From NCBI GenBank assembly GCA_032250835.1, contig JAVVEA010000005.1, positions 1-64,000 of the forward strand: a stretch of 64,000 nucleotides of DNA, given 5' to 3'. The translations under genes and the position numbers were made by a program. How positions within the stretch are numbered: position 1 is the stretch's first letter; every line of letters starts with the position of its first letter. The notes under the pieces are model-generated. The model worked only from the letters and a program-made list of their open reading frames with translations, ran no database searches and was not told the origin of the DNA. Shown one piece after another: positions 18,513 to 28,394 of this stretch. The stretch comes from a bacterium. Lineage in GTDB: Bacteria > SAR324 > XYD2-FULL-50-16.

Positions 18513-20324
18513 ATGTACAAACTAAAAAACTTTTTACCGAAAAAAATACATCTGGACCGCTTTGAGCGCCTCAACCGCTTGCTCTTGAAGCTACGGCTCT
18601 CGGAGACCAACGTAGAGCTTTTGTTGGCTTGTGTGGTGGGGATCGCAGCGGGGTACGCCTCGGTATTTTTTAGGGCGATGTTGCATTGGATGCACGGCGT
18701 CTTCTTCGGTCAGTTTTATCCCTTTTTGGCCGCCTATTCACCCTATCTGTTGCCCATCGTGCCCATGACCGGGGCGGTGATCTTAATCCCCTTTTTAAAG
18801 GGAACTTCGGGCCGCATCTCGGGCTACGGCATGCCCAACTTCCTGATTGCGGTCCACTTGCGCGGCGGTTTGATCCGCACCCGAGACATCTTTGTTAAGA
18901 TGATCACCTCGGCAATCACCATCTCTACCGGCGGGGCCGCCGGGGTCGAGGGGCCGATTGCCCAGATCGGTGGTGCCGTGGGCAGCAGCATCGGGCGCTT
19001 CTTTTCAATGGGCAGCCAGCGGCTAAAAGTCCTGATCGCTTGCGGGTCGGCGGCTGGTATTGCCGCACAGTTCAATGCTCCTTTGGCCGGGGTGCTTTTT
19101 GCCCAAGAGATCATCATGATCGGCAACTTCCAGTTGCAAACCTTCGGGGTGATCGTGATCAGCTCCGGCTTGGCCACAGCCATCAGCCGGTCCTTCTATT
19201 CGGACCAACCGCTGTTCGGCAAACTGACCTACCAAATCCACAGCTACCACGAATTTGGGCTGTATATCCTACTAGGCCTCGTGATCGGCCTCTTCGCCTT
19301 TGCCTTCATCAAACTCTTCTTTTATATCTGTGACCTCTTTGAAGGATTGAAGCTACACCGGTTTGCCAAGCCCGTGTTGGGGGCCTTCTTGGTCGGTTGT
19401 TTGGGGTTGTTGAATATTGATGTCTTAGGCGACGGATACGAGGTCATTACCGACTCACTGCAAGCGAGGCCTAGTATGGCCTTCTGGGTGATCCTCAGTT
19501 TGATCTTTTTGAAGATGGTGGCCACCTCGATCACCCTAGGCAGCGGCAACGTGGGCGGCCTTTTTGCGCCCTCTTTGTTCATCGGGGCGATGATCGGGGC
19601 CAGCTTTGGCTTTATCGCGGACTGGCTCTTGCCGGGGATGAACATCAAGCCCGGCTCTTACGCCTTGGTGGGCATGGGGGCCTTTTTGGCGGCTTCGACC
19701 CACGCGCCGATGACGGCGATTTTCTTACTCTTTGAGGTGACCAATAATTATCAGGTCATCATCCCCATTATGTTCGCCTCGGTGATCGGCGTGATGGTGG
19801 CCCGTGCGCTCTGCCCCGATTCCTTAGACAGCATGGAGCTGAGTCGCAAGGGGATCGTACTGCATGCAGGCAAAGAAGAGAGCATCCTTTCGAAGGTGTT
19901 GATCGAAAAGGTGATGATCACCAATTTCGAGACCATCCAAGAAAACATGACCTTCGCCGAATTCATGGTCATCTTCCCGAACTCTAAAAGCCAATATTAC
20001 CCGGTAATTAACGACGAAGGCAAGATGACCGGCGTGGTGAGTTTCCAGGATATCCGCGAAATTCTTCTTGAAGAGGGGCTGGAACATTTGGTAGTGATGA
20101 AGGAGCTAGCCGAAACCGAAGTGCTTAAGCTGTACCCCCATGACAACTTAACCGAAGCGATCAGGAAGTTTGGGCTTAAAGACATAGAAGCGATCCCGGT
20201 GGTCAGCCCCGACGATCCGGGCGTGATCTTAGGTATCTTAAAACGTAAAGACGTGATCGATGCTTACAACCGCGCGATCCTCTTACAAGCCATGGAAACC
20301 AAAAAGGACCTTGATGATAATTAA
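18513..20324 (+). CDS. ClC-family chloride channel/transporter with CBS pair
   Basis: GYGMP, GVEGP, GGLFAP motifs; two C-terminal CBS domains. Confidence 0.92.
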   Translation: MYKLKNFLPKKIHLDRFERLNRLLLKLRLSETNVELLLACVVGIAAGYASVFFRAMLHWMHGVFFGQFYPFLAAYSPYLLPIVPMTGAVILIPFLKGTSGRISGYGMPNFLIAVHLRGGLIRTRDIFVKMITSAITISTGGAAGVEGPIAQIGGAVGSSIGRFFSMGSQRLKVLIACGSAAGIAAQFNAPLAGVLFAQEIIMIGNFQLQTFGVIVISSGLATAISRSFYSDQPLFGKLTYQIHSYHEFGLYILLGLVIGLFAFAFIKLFFYICDLFEGLKLHRFAKPVLGAFLVGCLGLLNIDVLGDGYEVITDSLQARPSMAFWVILSLIFLKMVATSITLGSGNVGGLFAPSLFIGAMIGASFGFIADWLLPGMNIKPGSYALVGMGAFLAASTHAPMTAIFLLFEVTNNYQVIIPIMFASVIGVMVARALCPDSLDSMELSRKGIVLHAGKEESILSKVLIEKVMITNFETIQENMTFAEFMVIFPNSKSQYYPVINDEGKMTGVVSFQDIREILLEEGLEHLVVMKELAETEVLKLYPHDNLTEAIRKFGLKDIEAIPVVSPDDPGVILGILKRKDVIDAYNRAILLQAMETKKDLDDN

Positions 20325-20538
20325 GATCGAATACTGCGGCGTTTGAAACTACGAACCCCGCGCCGCCGGTCTGGCGGACAAAATCAAACAGAAATATGGC
20401 GTCCAAGCCGAGTTGATCCGCTCCAGCGGAGGGGTCTTTGAAGTCAGTGTCGATGGATTGATGATCTGGTCAAAAAAGCAGCGGGGTCGCTTCCCGGACG
20501 ATGACGAGGTCTTTGGCGCTTTGGACCAGCAAGGTTAA
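20314..20538 (+). CDS. SelT/SelW/SelH (Rdx) family selenoprotein, UGA at 20344-20346 read as Sec
   Basis: MIIKIEYCGV(UGA)NYEPRAAGLA...SGGVFEVSVDG..IWSKK..GRFP; CxxU motif; SECIS-like hairpin follows; absent from ORF track. Confidence 0.9.
20363..20377 (+). promoter_or_regulatory. Putative bacterial SECIS hairpin
   Basis: CCGCC-GGTCT-GGCGG starting 16 nt after the in-frame UGA; apex resembles the E. coli fdhF SECIS GGUC apex. Confidence 0.7.
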
Positions 20539-20540
20539 CT

Positions 20541-21050
20541 ATGGCTAAGGAGTGGAAAGCCCCCCTGGGGGAATTGACTTATCTGTCCTTTGAATCACCC
20601 ATCGGCGGCCTGCGGCTCTTTGAGCGCAGGGGGGCCTTGGTGGCTTTAGAACTGTCTCCTTTCGGTAGCCCTCCTCAAGGTGCAAAGCGCGGAAACAATC
20701 CGCTACTGCAAAGCTCACAACGCCAATTAGAGGAATATTTTAGGGGCCAACGACAGCAATTTGACCTGCCCCTTGCGCCCGAAGGGAGCCAATTCCAGCA
20801 AGCCGCCTGGAAAGTGCTTTGCCAAATCCCTTACGGTCAAACCATCGACTATGCCGAAGAGGCACGCCGCATGGGCCGCCCCGGAGCCCAGCGGGCTGCT
20901 GGCGGGGCCAACCGCCGCAACCCCCTACCCATCATCATCCCTTGCCACCGCGTGATCCGCGCCGACGGAACGCTAGGCGGATTCGCCAGCGGAGACGCCT
21001 GGAAACGATCTTTACTGGAATTAGAAGGGGCCGCCGAGGGGCTTAAATAA
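20541..21050 (+). CDS. ogt: Methylated-DNA--protein-cysteine methyltransferase
   Basis: IPYGQT, NPLPIIIPCHRVI. Confidence 0.93.
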   Translation: MAKEWKAPLGELTYLSFESPIGGLRLFERRGALVALELSPFGSPPQGAKRGNNPLLQSSQRQLEEYFRGQRQQFDLPLAPEGSQFQQAAWKVLCQIPYGQTIDYAEEARRMGRPGAQRAAGGANRRNPLPIIIPCHRVIRADGTLGGFASGDAWKRSLLELEGAAEGLK

Positions 21051-21054
21051 GGCC

Positions 21055-22182
21055 TTACCCAGCGTAGTAACCGAGGTCGATCGGTCGGTAGAAGAAATGC
21101 AGAATATCTTGATAGCTATAGCCCTTTTCGGCCATCTCCTTGGCCGCCCACTGGCACATCCCTACGCCATGCCCGTTCCCCTGGCCGGTAAACAGAAAGC
21201 CTTCTTCGGTTTCGGCCACTTCAAATTTCAAGCTAGGCAGCTTGGTATACCCAAGATATTTGCGGAAATCTTTAGCCAAGATCGATTGGCGGAATTGGCC
21301 TTCTAAAATCAAGTCAAAGGCCCTGCCCGAGGGCGTACGCTGATTAACCGAAACGCGTTCAAGACGGTCTGGCTTTAGCCCTGCGGCCTTGAGTACTTGA
21401 CTCATCTTCTCAAAACTGACCGGGTGCTCCCAAAAGTAGCGCGGGTCCTCGTAACCATAGGGCACATCAATGATCGGGTAGTAGGGCAGGGAATAGGCCC
21501 ACAACAAACCGGGGTCTGCGGTGCTGCCGCCACAATTGCTGTGATAAAAAGTCTGGGCCAAACGCCCCTGATAACTGACCACAATCCCCCGAGTTTCACT
21601 GATCGCTTGCACCGCCCGGCGGTCCGCCGAATTGCGTCCTAGATACATCTGGTCGGCGGTGCTGCTTTTGAGGTGCCAAGCGGCATTGCGGCGTTCGTGG
21701 TGACGGTAAAGGGCGTAGGTACGGGCTAAAACTGCCTGAGCCTTGACGGCGGCCATAGACCAACTGGTCTTGATCTCCCCTGGAAGCACGCCTTCAAGGT
21801 AGGTTTCGGTGTCTAGGTGGTTGATCAGGTACACCCCGCCCTTAAAGGGCAAGACCTCAAAAAAGCCTTCATAGCGCTTGGCCGGTTTGTTGCCCCAACG
21901 CAAGACCCAATCACCTTGGGCATGTAGCCGTAAGGTACTGCGGGTTTGTAGGTGAGCCACCTGGACCAAGCCACGTCCCTTGGGAACAAAATCCAGCCTC
22001 TTAAAGCCCCCAGGACCGAGGTCGGCACCTTCAACCTGAATAGGGGACTTAGAGCTGAGCGTAAAGGGCTGCGAAGTGGTCAGGATCAGCACCTTCAGCT
22101 CGGGATTGGAATACCCAGCCCAGGCCCCTGGGACCCAGAGGAGAGATAGAAAAAGAAAGAGTAAAGGCTTCATAGACTCCAT
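21055..22182 (-). CDS. SpoIID/LytB domain protein
   Basis: YLEGVLPGE, KAQAVLARTYA, FYHSNCGG, GNGHGVGMCQW. Confidence 0.92.
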   Translation of the reverse strand: MESMKPLLFLFLSLLWVPGAWAGYSNPELKVLILTTSQPFTLSSKSPIQVEGADLGPGGFKRLDFVPKGRGLVQVAHLQTRSTLRLHAQGDWVLRWGNKPAKRYEGFFEVLPFKGGVYLINHLDTETYLEGVLPGEIKTSWSMAAVKAQAVLARTYALYRHHERRNAAWHLKSSTADQMYLGRNSADRRAVQAISETRGIVVSYQGRLAQTFYHSNCGGSTADPGLLWAYSLPYYPIIDVPYGYEDPRYFWEHPVSFEKMSQVLKAAGLKPDRLERVSVNQRTPSGRAFDLILEGQFRQSILAKDFRKYLGYTKLPSLKFEVAETEEGFLFTGQGNGHGVGMCQWAAKEMAEKGYSYQDILHFFYRPIDLGYYAG

Positions 22183-22229
22183 TCGGTAGGCCCAAGGGGG
22201 CTACCCATCTATTCCAGAAGCGTACCAAC

Positions 22230-23177
22230 TTAACCGGCGACTCCCACACGGAGCAGTCTTCCTTTGCCTTCGATGGCCAAACCGTCCTTTAGATTCACCT
22301 GCCAACCGCCTTTGCCGCTCAGCACTAAGCGCAAAACATCTTCAAGCTGGTGCCGTCCGATTTCGCGCACCCCCTTATCCAATAAAAACCGGTGCAGCAA
22401 CTCCATAGCAAAGAGGGGCTTTAGGTCGCTTATTTGATCATAAGAAAGCGCCGCCGAACTCCAAGCGGCCTCTTCGCAAAGATCCAAAAAGTGGGCTTCT
22501 AAATCCTGGGCTTCGCGGGCTAACTTGGCCAGCTTACCTGCCGACTGGGTGCCCGAAAGCTCATCTAATAGGGGTAGGAGTTGGTTGCGGATGCGGTTTC
22601 TTTGGTAATCGTTGCGGGCATTGCTGGGGTCTTCCATCCAAGCCTGTTCGCGCCGCCCCAGGTAATCGATCAAATCCGCGCGGGATAGCTCCAATAAGGG
22701 ACGAAACCACGGGATTTCCAGTGGCCGCATCCCCTTTAGCCCGATCAAGGAGGTTCCGCGCAACATGCGCCAAAGCAACGTTTCGGCTTGGTCTTGAATC
22801 TGGTGCCCTAAAGCAATCCGGTGGGCCCCCCAACTAGAAGCCCGGTCTAATAAGGTTTGCCTCCTCCAGGCGCGGCTGGCGGCTTGGATGCCCGCCCCAC
22901 CCAAGGGAGCCTCGGGGGCAAAAATCTCCAGCGGTAGTCCCAACTGGTTGGCCAATTTCTGGCAAAAGGCCGCCTCGTCTTCTGATTCAGCCCGAAGGTG
23001 GTGGTTAAAGTGGACCAGTAACAGTTCCAATTGGAACTTAGGTTTCCACTCTGAGAGAATGCAAGCCAGGGCGGTGCTGTCGGCCCCGCCACTTAAGGAG
23101 ACCAATATCCTCTGTCCCGCCTCAATCCAGCCATGTTCTTGAGCTTGATTGGCTAATCGTAGCGCTAAAGCGTCCAT
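22230..23177 (-). CDS. tilS: tRNA(Ile)-lysidine synthetase
   Basis: SGGADS PP-loop, HFNHHLR, DQAETLL, EDPSN..YQRNRIR. Confidence 0.93.
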   Translation of the reverse strand: MDALALRLANQAQEHGWIEAGQRILVSLSGGADSTALACILSEWKPKFQLELLLVHFNHHLRAESEDEAAFCQKLANQLGLPLEIFAPEAPLGGAGIQAASRAWRRQTLLDRASSWGAHRIALGHQIQDQAETLLWRMLRGTSLIGLKGMRPLEIPWFRPLLELSRADLIDYLGRREQAWMEDPSNARNDYQRNRIRNQLLPLLDELSGTQSAGKLAKLAREAQDLEAHFLDLCEEAAWSSAALSYDQISDLKPLFAMELLHRFLLDKGVREIGRHQLEDVLRLVLSGKGGWQVNLKDGLAIEGKGRLLRVGVAG

Positions 23178-23178
23178 T

Positions 23179-24024
23179 TCAAGCGCCTCCCTGCAGCCGG
23201 ATGTTATCGATCAACCGCAAGGCCCCAAAAAAAACAGCCAATGAAACCAGCACTTCGCCGTTGATCTGCTCAACGGGCTCTAAGGTTTTCGGGTCATTGA
23301 AGCTAATGTAGTCCACCACCGCTAGGGGGCCGGATTCGATGATTTGGGTCATCTCCTTTAGCAGTTGCGGTGTTTCTTTCAGGCCTTCGGCCACCCGTTT
23401 TTCCGCATGCAACAAGGCCCGGTATAAAAGGGGGGCTTCGGCCCGTTGGTCTGGGGTCAAGCGAGCATTCCGGCTGCTCATAGCCAATCCGTCGGCTTCA
23501 CGCTGGGTCGGGCAAGCCACCACTTTGACCGGAAAATTCAGGTCCGCCACCATCTTCTGGATCACCAGCAACTGTTGGGCGTCCTTCTCTCCGAAGTAGG
23601 CCCGGCAGGGCGTAAAGAGGTTAAAGAGCTTGGCCACCACCGTCGTCACCCCATCGAAGTGCCCCGGACGGCTGGCCCCTTCGAGCGGAGCAGTCAAGCG
23701 CTCGACCCGGACCAAAGCATTAAACTCGGGCGGATAGATGACCTCAGGACTGGGCAGAAAAACGGCCCCCACCCCAGCTTGGCGCAACAATTCCAGGTCC
23801 CCTGCTTCATTGCGGGGGTACTTTTCCAGATCGGCAGGGTCGTTAAATTGGGCGGGGTTCACAAAAATACTGACCGCCACCCGCCGGTTCTCAGACAGGG
23901 CACGTTTGACCAGCGAGATATGCCCTTCGTGCAGGTATCCCATAGTGGGCACCAGCCCTAAGTCCTGGGGTCCAGCAGGGCCGATCCATTGCCTAAGAGT
24001 TTGAATTTCTTTAATGACTTGCAT
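23179..24024 (-). CDS. panC: Pantoate--beta-alanine ligase
   Basis: VPTMGYLHEGH, RPGHFDGV, FGEKDAQQ, GLAMSSRN. Confidence 0.97.
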   Translation of the reverse strand: MQVIKEIQTLRQWIGPAGPQDLGLVPTMGYLHEGHISLVKRALSENRRVAVSIFVNPAQFNDPADLEKYPRNEAGDLELLRQAGVGAVFLPSPEVIYPPEFNALVRVERLTAPLEGASRPGHFDGVTTVVAKLFNLFTPCRAYFGEKDAQQLLVIQKMVADLNFPVKVVACPTQREADGLAMSSRNARLTPDQRAEAPLLYRALLHAEKRVAEGLKETPQLLKEMTQIIESGPLAVVDYISFNDPKTLEPVEQINGEVLVSLAVFFGALRLIDNIRLQGGA

Positions 24025-24098
24025 ATTGCCGGGCCGCCTGGGGTTTGGTAGTCTAGAATAACTTGCTTTGACCCCTTTTGCCAGCCCTTTTGGAAACC

Positions 24099-25121
24099 AT
24101 GACCGCTTCTAATGGCCTCTTATTGATCAACTTGGGTAGTCCCGAAGCCCCAACGACCCCCGCTCTTCGGCGCTACCTGGGCGAATTTTTGTCTGATCCT
24201 AGAGTGATGGACATTCCGCCGCTTACCCGCAGCTTGCTGTTGCGGTTGGTCATTCTCCCGCGACGCCCCCAAAAGGTTGCCCCTAAATATCAGAGCATCT
24301 GGACCGAGGCCGGGTCCCCGCTGGTAGCATACGGACAGGAGATCCAAAAAAAGATCAGTCAGTCTTTAGGCGTTGATTGGCAAGTTGAGTTGGCCATGCG
24401 CTATGGTCATCCCTCGCTGATCGAAACCTTGGAGCGCTTAAAAAAATCCAGTTTAAAGCGGCTGGTGGTTTTGCCGCTGTTCCCTCAATATGCTTCGGCG
24501 ACCAGCGGCTCGGCCATAGAAGCGGTGATGGAGCAATTAGGCAGTTGGCCCACGCTGCCCGATCTCTTGATCAAGCGCAGCTTCCATGACCACCCCGCCT
24601 TTTTAGACGCCTTCGCCAACCGGGGCCGTGTCTTGTGGCAGGAGGGCTTTGACCACTTGGTTTTCAGTTTCCACGGCCTACCGGAACACCAAATCCTTAA
24701 ATCTGACGCCTCGGGCCACTGCCTGCAAAGTCCCGAATGCTGCGCCATCCCCGAAGCGGCGGGGCGGGGCTGTTACCGGGCCCAATGTTTCGCCACCGCC
24801 CGCGAATTGGCCCACCGGCTTGAAGTGCCGATGGAGCAATATTCAGTGGTCTTCCAGTCCCGCTTGGGCCGGGCTAAATGGCTAGAACCTAGCTTAAACC
24901 AAGAACTAGAGCGGCTCAGCGGGCAGGGCATCAAGCGGCTATTGGTCTACAGCCCCAGTTTTGTGGCCGACTGCTTAGAAACCTTAGAGGAAATCGCCCA
25001 AGAAGGAGCCAAACAGTTTAAAGCGCTGGGCGGTGAGCGCTTGCAGCTCGTCCCCTCGCTCAACGACGGAGCAGATTGGGCCGAGGCCCTGGTGCAGATC
25101 CTTCGGGAATTAGCTCCTTAA
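24099..25121 (+). CDS. hemH: Ferrochelatase
   Basis: LLINLGSP, LPLFPQY, FSFHGLP, FQSRLG, FVADCLETLEEI. Confidence 0.96.
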   Translation: MTASNGLLLINLGSPEAPTTPALRRYLGEFLSDPRVMDIPPLTRSLLLRLVILPRRPQKVAPKYQSIWTEAGSPLVAYGQEIQKKISQSLGVDWQVELAMRYGHPSLIETLERLKKSSLKRLVVLPLFPQYASATSGSAIEAVMEQLGSWPTLPDLLIKRSFHDHPAFLDAFANRGRVLWQEGFDHLVFSFHGLPEHQILKSDASGHCLQSPECCAIPEAAGRGCYRAQCFATARELAHRLEVPMEQYSVVFQSRLGRAKWLEPSLNQELERLSGQGIKRLLVYSPSFVADCLETLEEIAQEGAKQFKALGGERLQLVPSLNDGADWAEALVQILRELAP

Positions 25122-25126
25122 GTCGC

Positions 25127-25255
25127 CTCAAAGAATTTAACGCTGAAGGGTCGAAAAAAAGCCTTTGAAGCCAAGGGCGGCGGGGCTTCACCAAGGGTCC
25201 CTGGCTTGATCAAGGGGTAATACCGGTGCAGATGCTCCGGGCGCTTGCCATCTAG
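25127..25255 (+). pseudogene. Decayed second copy of hemH 3' end
   Basis: Reads, with indels, LKEFNAEG..KAFEAKGG..VPGL..VQMLRALAI* versus HemH LEEIAQEGAKQFKALGG..VPSL..VQILRELAP*. Confidence 0.65.
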
Positions 25256-25271
25256 GTTTTCGCCACAAAAC

Positions 25272-25313
25272 AAAAAAGCCCGCCTTGGACGGGTCCAAGG
25301 CGGGCTTTTTTTT
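25272..25313. terminator. Bidirectional intrinsic terminator between hemH and fusA
   Basis: AAAAAAGCCCGCCTTGGAC-GG-GTCCAAGGCGGGCTTTTTTTT. Confidence 0.85.
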
Positions 25314-25348
25314 AAGCTGCAAGCGGGCCCCCGAAAGGGGCAAGAAGC

Positions 25349-27445
25349 TTACTCGTCTTCTTTGAGCTTTTCTGCGCGGGCTTTGATGATGCCTTCTTGC
25401 AAGCTGCGGGGTACCGCAGCGTAGCTGTCGAATTCCATCGAGAAGCCGGCTTTACCCTGGGTGGCCGAGCGGAGCACCGTAGAGTAGCCGAACATTTCCG
25501 AAAGGGGCACCGTAGCGTTGATGACGGTCATTTCGTCGCGCACTTCAGAACCACCGATAATACCGCGGCGGCTAGAAAGGTCACCGATTACCGAGCCTTG
25601 GAACTCGCTGGGCGTTTCCACTTCCACTTTCATCATCGGCTCTAGCAACTGAGCATTGGCACCGCGTACGGCCTGCTTCATAGCCTGGCGAGAAGCGATG
25701 CGGAAAGCCATGTCGCTAGAGTCCACTTCGTGGAACTTACCGTCGTCTAACATAACCTTGACGCCAACCATGGGGAACGCAGCCAGAGGGCCTTCGGCCA
25801 TGACGTCGCGGAAGCCGGCCTCACAGGCACCAATGAATTCGGTGGGGATTGAGCCCCCCTTGATGTTGTTCTTGAACTCAAAGTCCTGAGCGCCTTCAAC
25901 GGTGAAGTCGACGGGCTCGATGCTACCGACCACACAAGCGTACTGACCAGAACCACCGGTTTGTTTCTTGTGGGTATAGTCGAACTTAGAGGGGATGGTG
26001 ATCGCTTCGCGGTAAGCTACCTGAGGCGCACCAACCGAGACGGGCACTTTGTATTCGCGCTGCATCCGCTCGATGTAGATTTCTAAGTGCAATTCGCCCA
26101 TACCTTTGATGATGGTCTCACCGGACTCTACGTCGGTCATCACGCGGAAGGTGGGGTCTTCTTTCATGAAGCGAGACAGCGCCTTAGACATACGGTCAGC
26201 GGCAGCAGCATCGGTACATTTGATGGCCAAGCTGATTACGGGATCGGCGATGTACATGGACTCCAACACGACTTTTTCTTTCTCGTCGCAGAAGGTATCA
26301 CCGGAGGCACAGTCAACGCCAACCAAGGCAACGATGTCGCCACAAACGGCGGTATCGATGTTTTCGCGGTCATTAGCATGCATCCGCACAATCCGTCCAA
26401 CCCGCAGCTTTTTGCCGGTCCGGACGTTGTATACCGTCGCGCCCTTTTCCAAGGTTCCTTGGTAGACCCGAATATAGGTCAACTGACCGAACTGCTCTTC
26501 GGTGATCTTAAAAGCCATCATCACCAAAGGTGCTTCGGGCTTGGGGTAAATTTTAACTTCTTCGCCGTTGTCTACCCGGGTCGCCTTGGTCGGCTGAGCT
26601 TCCATAGGGCTGGGCAGATAGCGGCAGATTGCGTCCAACAGAGGTTGCACTGCTTTATTTTTAAAGGCCGAACCCATAAAGACGGGGGTGAATTTCAGGC
26701 TATTCACACCGGCCCAGACGGCTTTATTGATGGCCTCAACGGAGATGTCTTTACCTTCAAGCAGGTCTTCCATCAACTGGTCATCAAACATGCTGACCGC
26801 TTCGAGCATCTCGGCGCGCATCTCTTCGGCTTGTTCTTGCAACTCAGCGGGGATATCTTTAACGATCACGTCATCGCCGCGCTCACCTTCGTTGTAGAAG
26901 GCCTTCATGGTGACCAAGTCGACCACACCGACAAAGTCTTCTTCAGCGCCAATCGGTAACTGCATGGGCACCGCGTTGTGGCCCAGTTTTTCGCGCAGCG
27001 CCTTGATCGCCTTGAAGGGATCGGCACCCATGCGGTCCATCTTGTTGATGAAGCACAGGCGGGGTACGTTGTAGCGCTTCATCTGGCGGTCTACGGTGAT
27101 CGACTGAGACTGGACACCGGCCACCGCGCAGAGGATCATGATGGCGCCGTCGAGCACGCGCAAGCTACGCTCCACCTCAACGGTGAAGTCAACGTGGCCG
27201 GGGGTGTCGATGATATTGATGGTCTTGTCGTGCCAGAAAACGGTGGTCGCCGCCGAGGTGATGGTGATCCCTTTTTCTTTTTCCAACTCCATGTGGTCCA
27301 TGGTCGCACCGGCACCGCCGCCGCGAACCTCTTCGATCTTGTGGATTTTACCAGCGTAATAGAGAATCCGCTCGGTCAACGTGGTCTTGCCACTGTCGAT
27401 GTGAGCAGAAATGCCGATGTTCCGCAATTGATTGATTTCTTTCAT
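25349..27445 (-). CDS. fusA: Elongation factor G (stand-alone copy)
   Basis: [39 protein letters not shown]. Confidence 0.97.
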   Translation of the reverse strand: MKEINQLRNIGISAHIDSGKTTLTERILYYAGKIHKIEEVRGGGAGATMDHMELEKEKGITITSAATTVFWHDKTINIIDTPGHVDFTVEVERSLRVLDGAIMILCAVAGVQSQSITVDRQMKRYNVPRLCFINKMDRMGADPFKAIKALREKLGHNAVPMQLPIGAEEDFVGVVDLVTMKAFYNEGERGDDVIVKDIPAELQEQAEEMRAEMLEAVSMFDDQLMEDLLEGKDISVEAINKAVWAGVNSLKFTPVFMGSAFKNKAVQPLLDAICRYLPSPMEAQPTKATRVDNGEEVKIYPKPEAPLVMMAFKITEEQFGQLTYIRVYQGTLEKGATVYNVRTGKKLRVGRIVRMHANDRENIDTAVCGDIVALVGVDCASGDTFCDEKEKVVLESMYIADPVISLAIKCTDAAAADRMSKALSRFMKEDPTFRVMTDVESGETIIKGMGELHLEIYIERMQREYKVPVSVGAPQVAYREAITIPSKFDYTHKKQTGGSGQYACVVGSIEPVDFTVEGAQDFEFKNNIKGGSIPTEFIGACEAGFRDVMAEGPLAAFPMVGVKVMLDDGKFHEVDSSDMAFRIASRQAMKQAVRGANAQLLEPMMKVEVETPSEFQGSVIGDLSSRRGIIGGSEVRDEMTVINATVPLSEMFGYSTVLRSATQGKAGFSMEFDSYAAVPRSLQEGIIKARAEKLKEDE

Positions 27446-27559
27446 CTTAAGCTAAATCCGTGGAGGTTGGAGTTGGAAAGGGTTAGCGGTGTAGTCCGTT
27501 AAACTCGGAATAATAAAAGGCCTGACCCACCTTGTCTATCCCTTTTTTTAAGGTCAAGC

Positions 27560-28354
27560 CTATTCTGGCAGCAGGCTAAGAGGGACGGCTCGCGGCAATT
27601 TGCCGATACCCACCATCTTCTCTTGAAACAACAAAAAACCCTCAATCGCCGCCGGACCTAAGTGGTGGTCTAGGTTGGCTAGGTAGTCCAGACAGGTGGC
27701 AGCATCGGGAAAGACGCCCTGGTGCCGGTTTTGGGCGATTTCTTCTAACAGCCCTTTGGCGGCGTCGCGGCTCTTAAGCAATTGGGCGTGTAACTGGTGC
27801 ACTGCTTGAGGTTCACGCTCAAAGGCCTGACGGCGCACCACCCAAAGAGCAAACACAAAGGGCAGGCCGGTCCGATCCTTCCAAAGCTGGCCTAAGTCAT
27901 ATACATAAGCGTCACTGCGGCGGTAAAACCGCCGGATCGCCTCATCGGCAATCAGCAATTCAGCGGCATGTGGCTCTTCTGGGTCATGGGTATAGCGAAC
28001 GGCCAAGTCTTGTAATAGATATTGGATCAGGTGCACCGAGGTGAGCGAAAACTCGGTCAGGCGGATGGTTTGACCCCGCAAGTCCCCTAAGGGCCGGTCG
28101 CTAAACAGGTAAATGGACTTAACCGGACCCATAGCGCTAATCGAGAGACCGGGCAGCACGTAATATTGATCGGCGTTGAGGGCGTACTCAAAAGAGGAAA
28201 CCACCGAGAGGTCCAAGGCTCCCTGGTTGAGTTTCCGGTTCAGCTCTGTTACCTTGCCGAAGCAAGGCTCAAAAAGGCCTTCCGGTGGGTTTTCAATCAA
28301 TTGATAATAGACCGGCAAGGCATTTAAAACGCCGATCACCCCTAACTTGAGCAT
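27560..28354 (-). CDS. mqnA: Chorismate dehydratase MqnA (futalosine menaquinone pathway)
   Basis: LNALPV, GPVKSI, SLTSV, DLGQLWKDRTGLPFVFALW. Confidence 0.85.
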   Translation of the reverse strand: MLKLGVIGVLNALPVYYQLIENPPEGLFEPCFGKVTELNRKLNQGALDLSVVSSFEYALNADQYYVLPGLSISAMGPVKSIYLFSDRPLGDLRGQTIRLTEFSLTSVHLIQYLLQDLAVRYTHDPEEPHAAELLIADEAIRRFYRRSDAYVYDLGQLWKDRTGLPFVFALWVVRRQAFEREPQAVHQLHAQLLKSRDAAKGLLEEIAQNRHQGVFPDAATCLDYLANLDHHLGPAAIEGFLLFQEKMVGIGKLPRAVPLSLLPE

Positions 28355-28394
28355 AAGCCACCACTCCTTATTTCTTCTCGACTGAGGACTATCA

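Noticed and set aside
25397-27502. Long + strand ORFs antisense to fusA (up to 290 aa)
   Set aside because: Typical antisense shadows of a codon-biased gene
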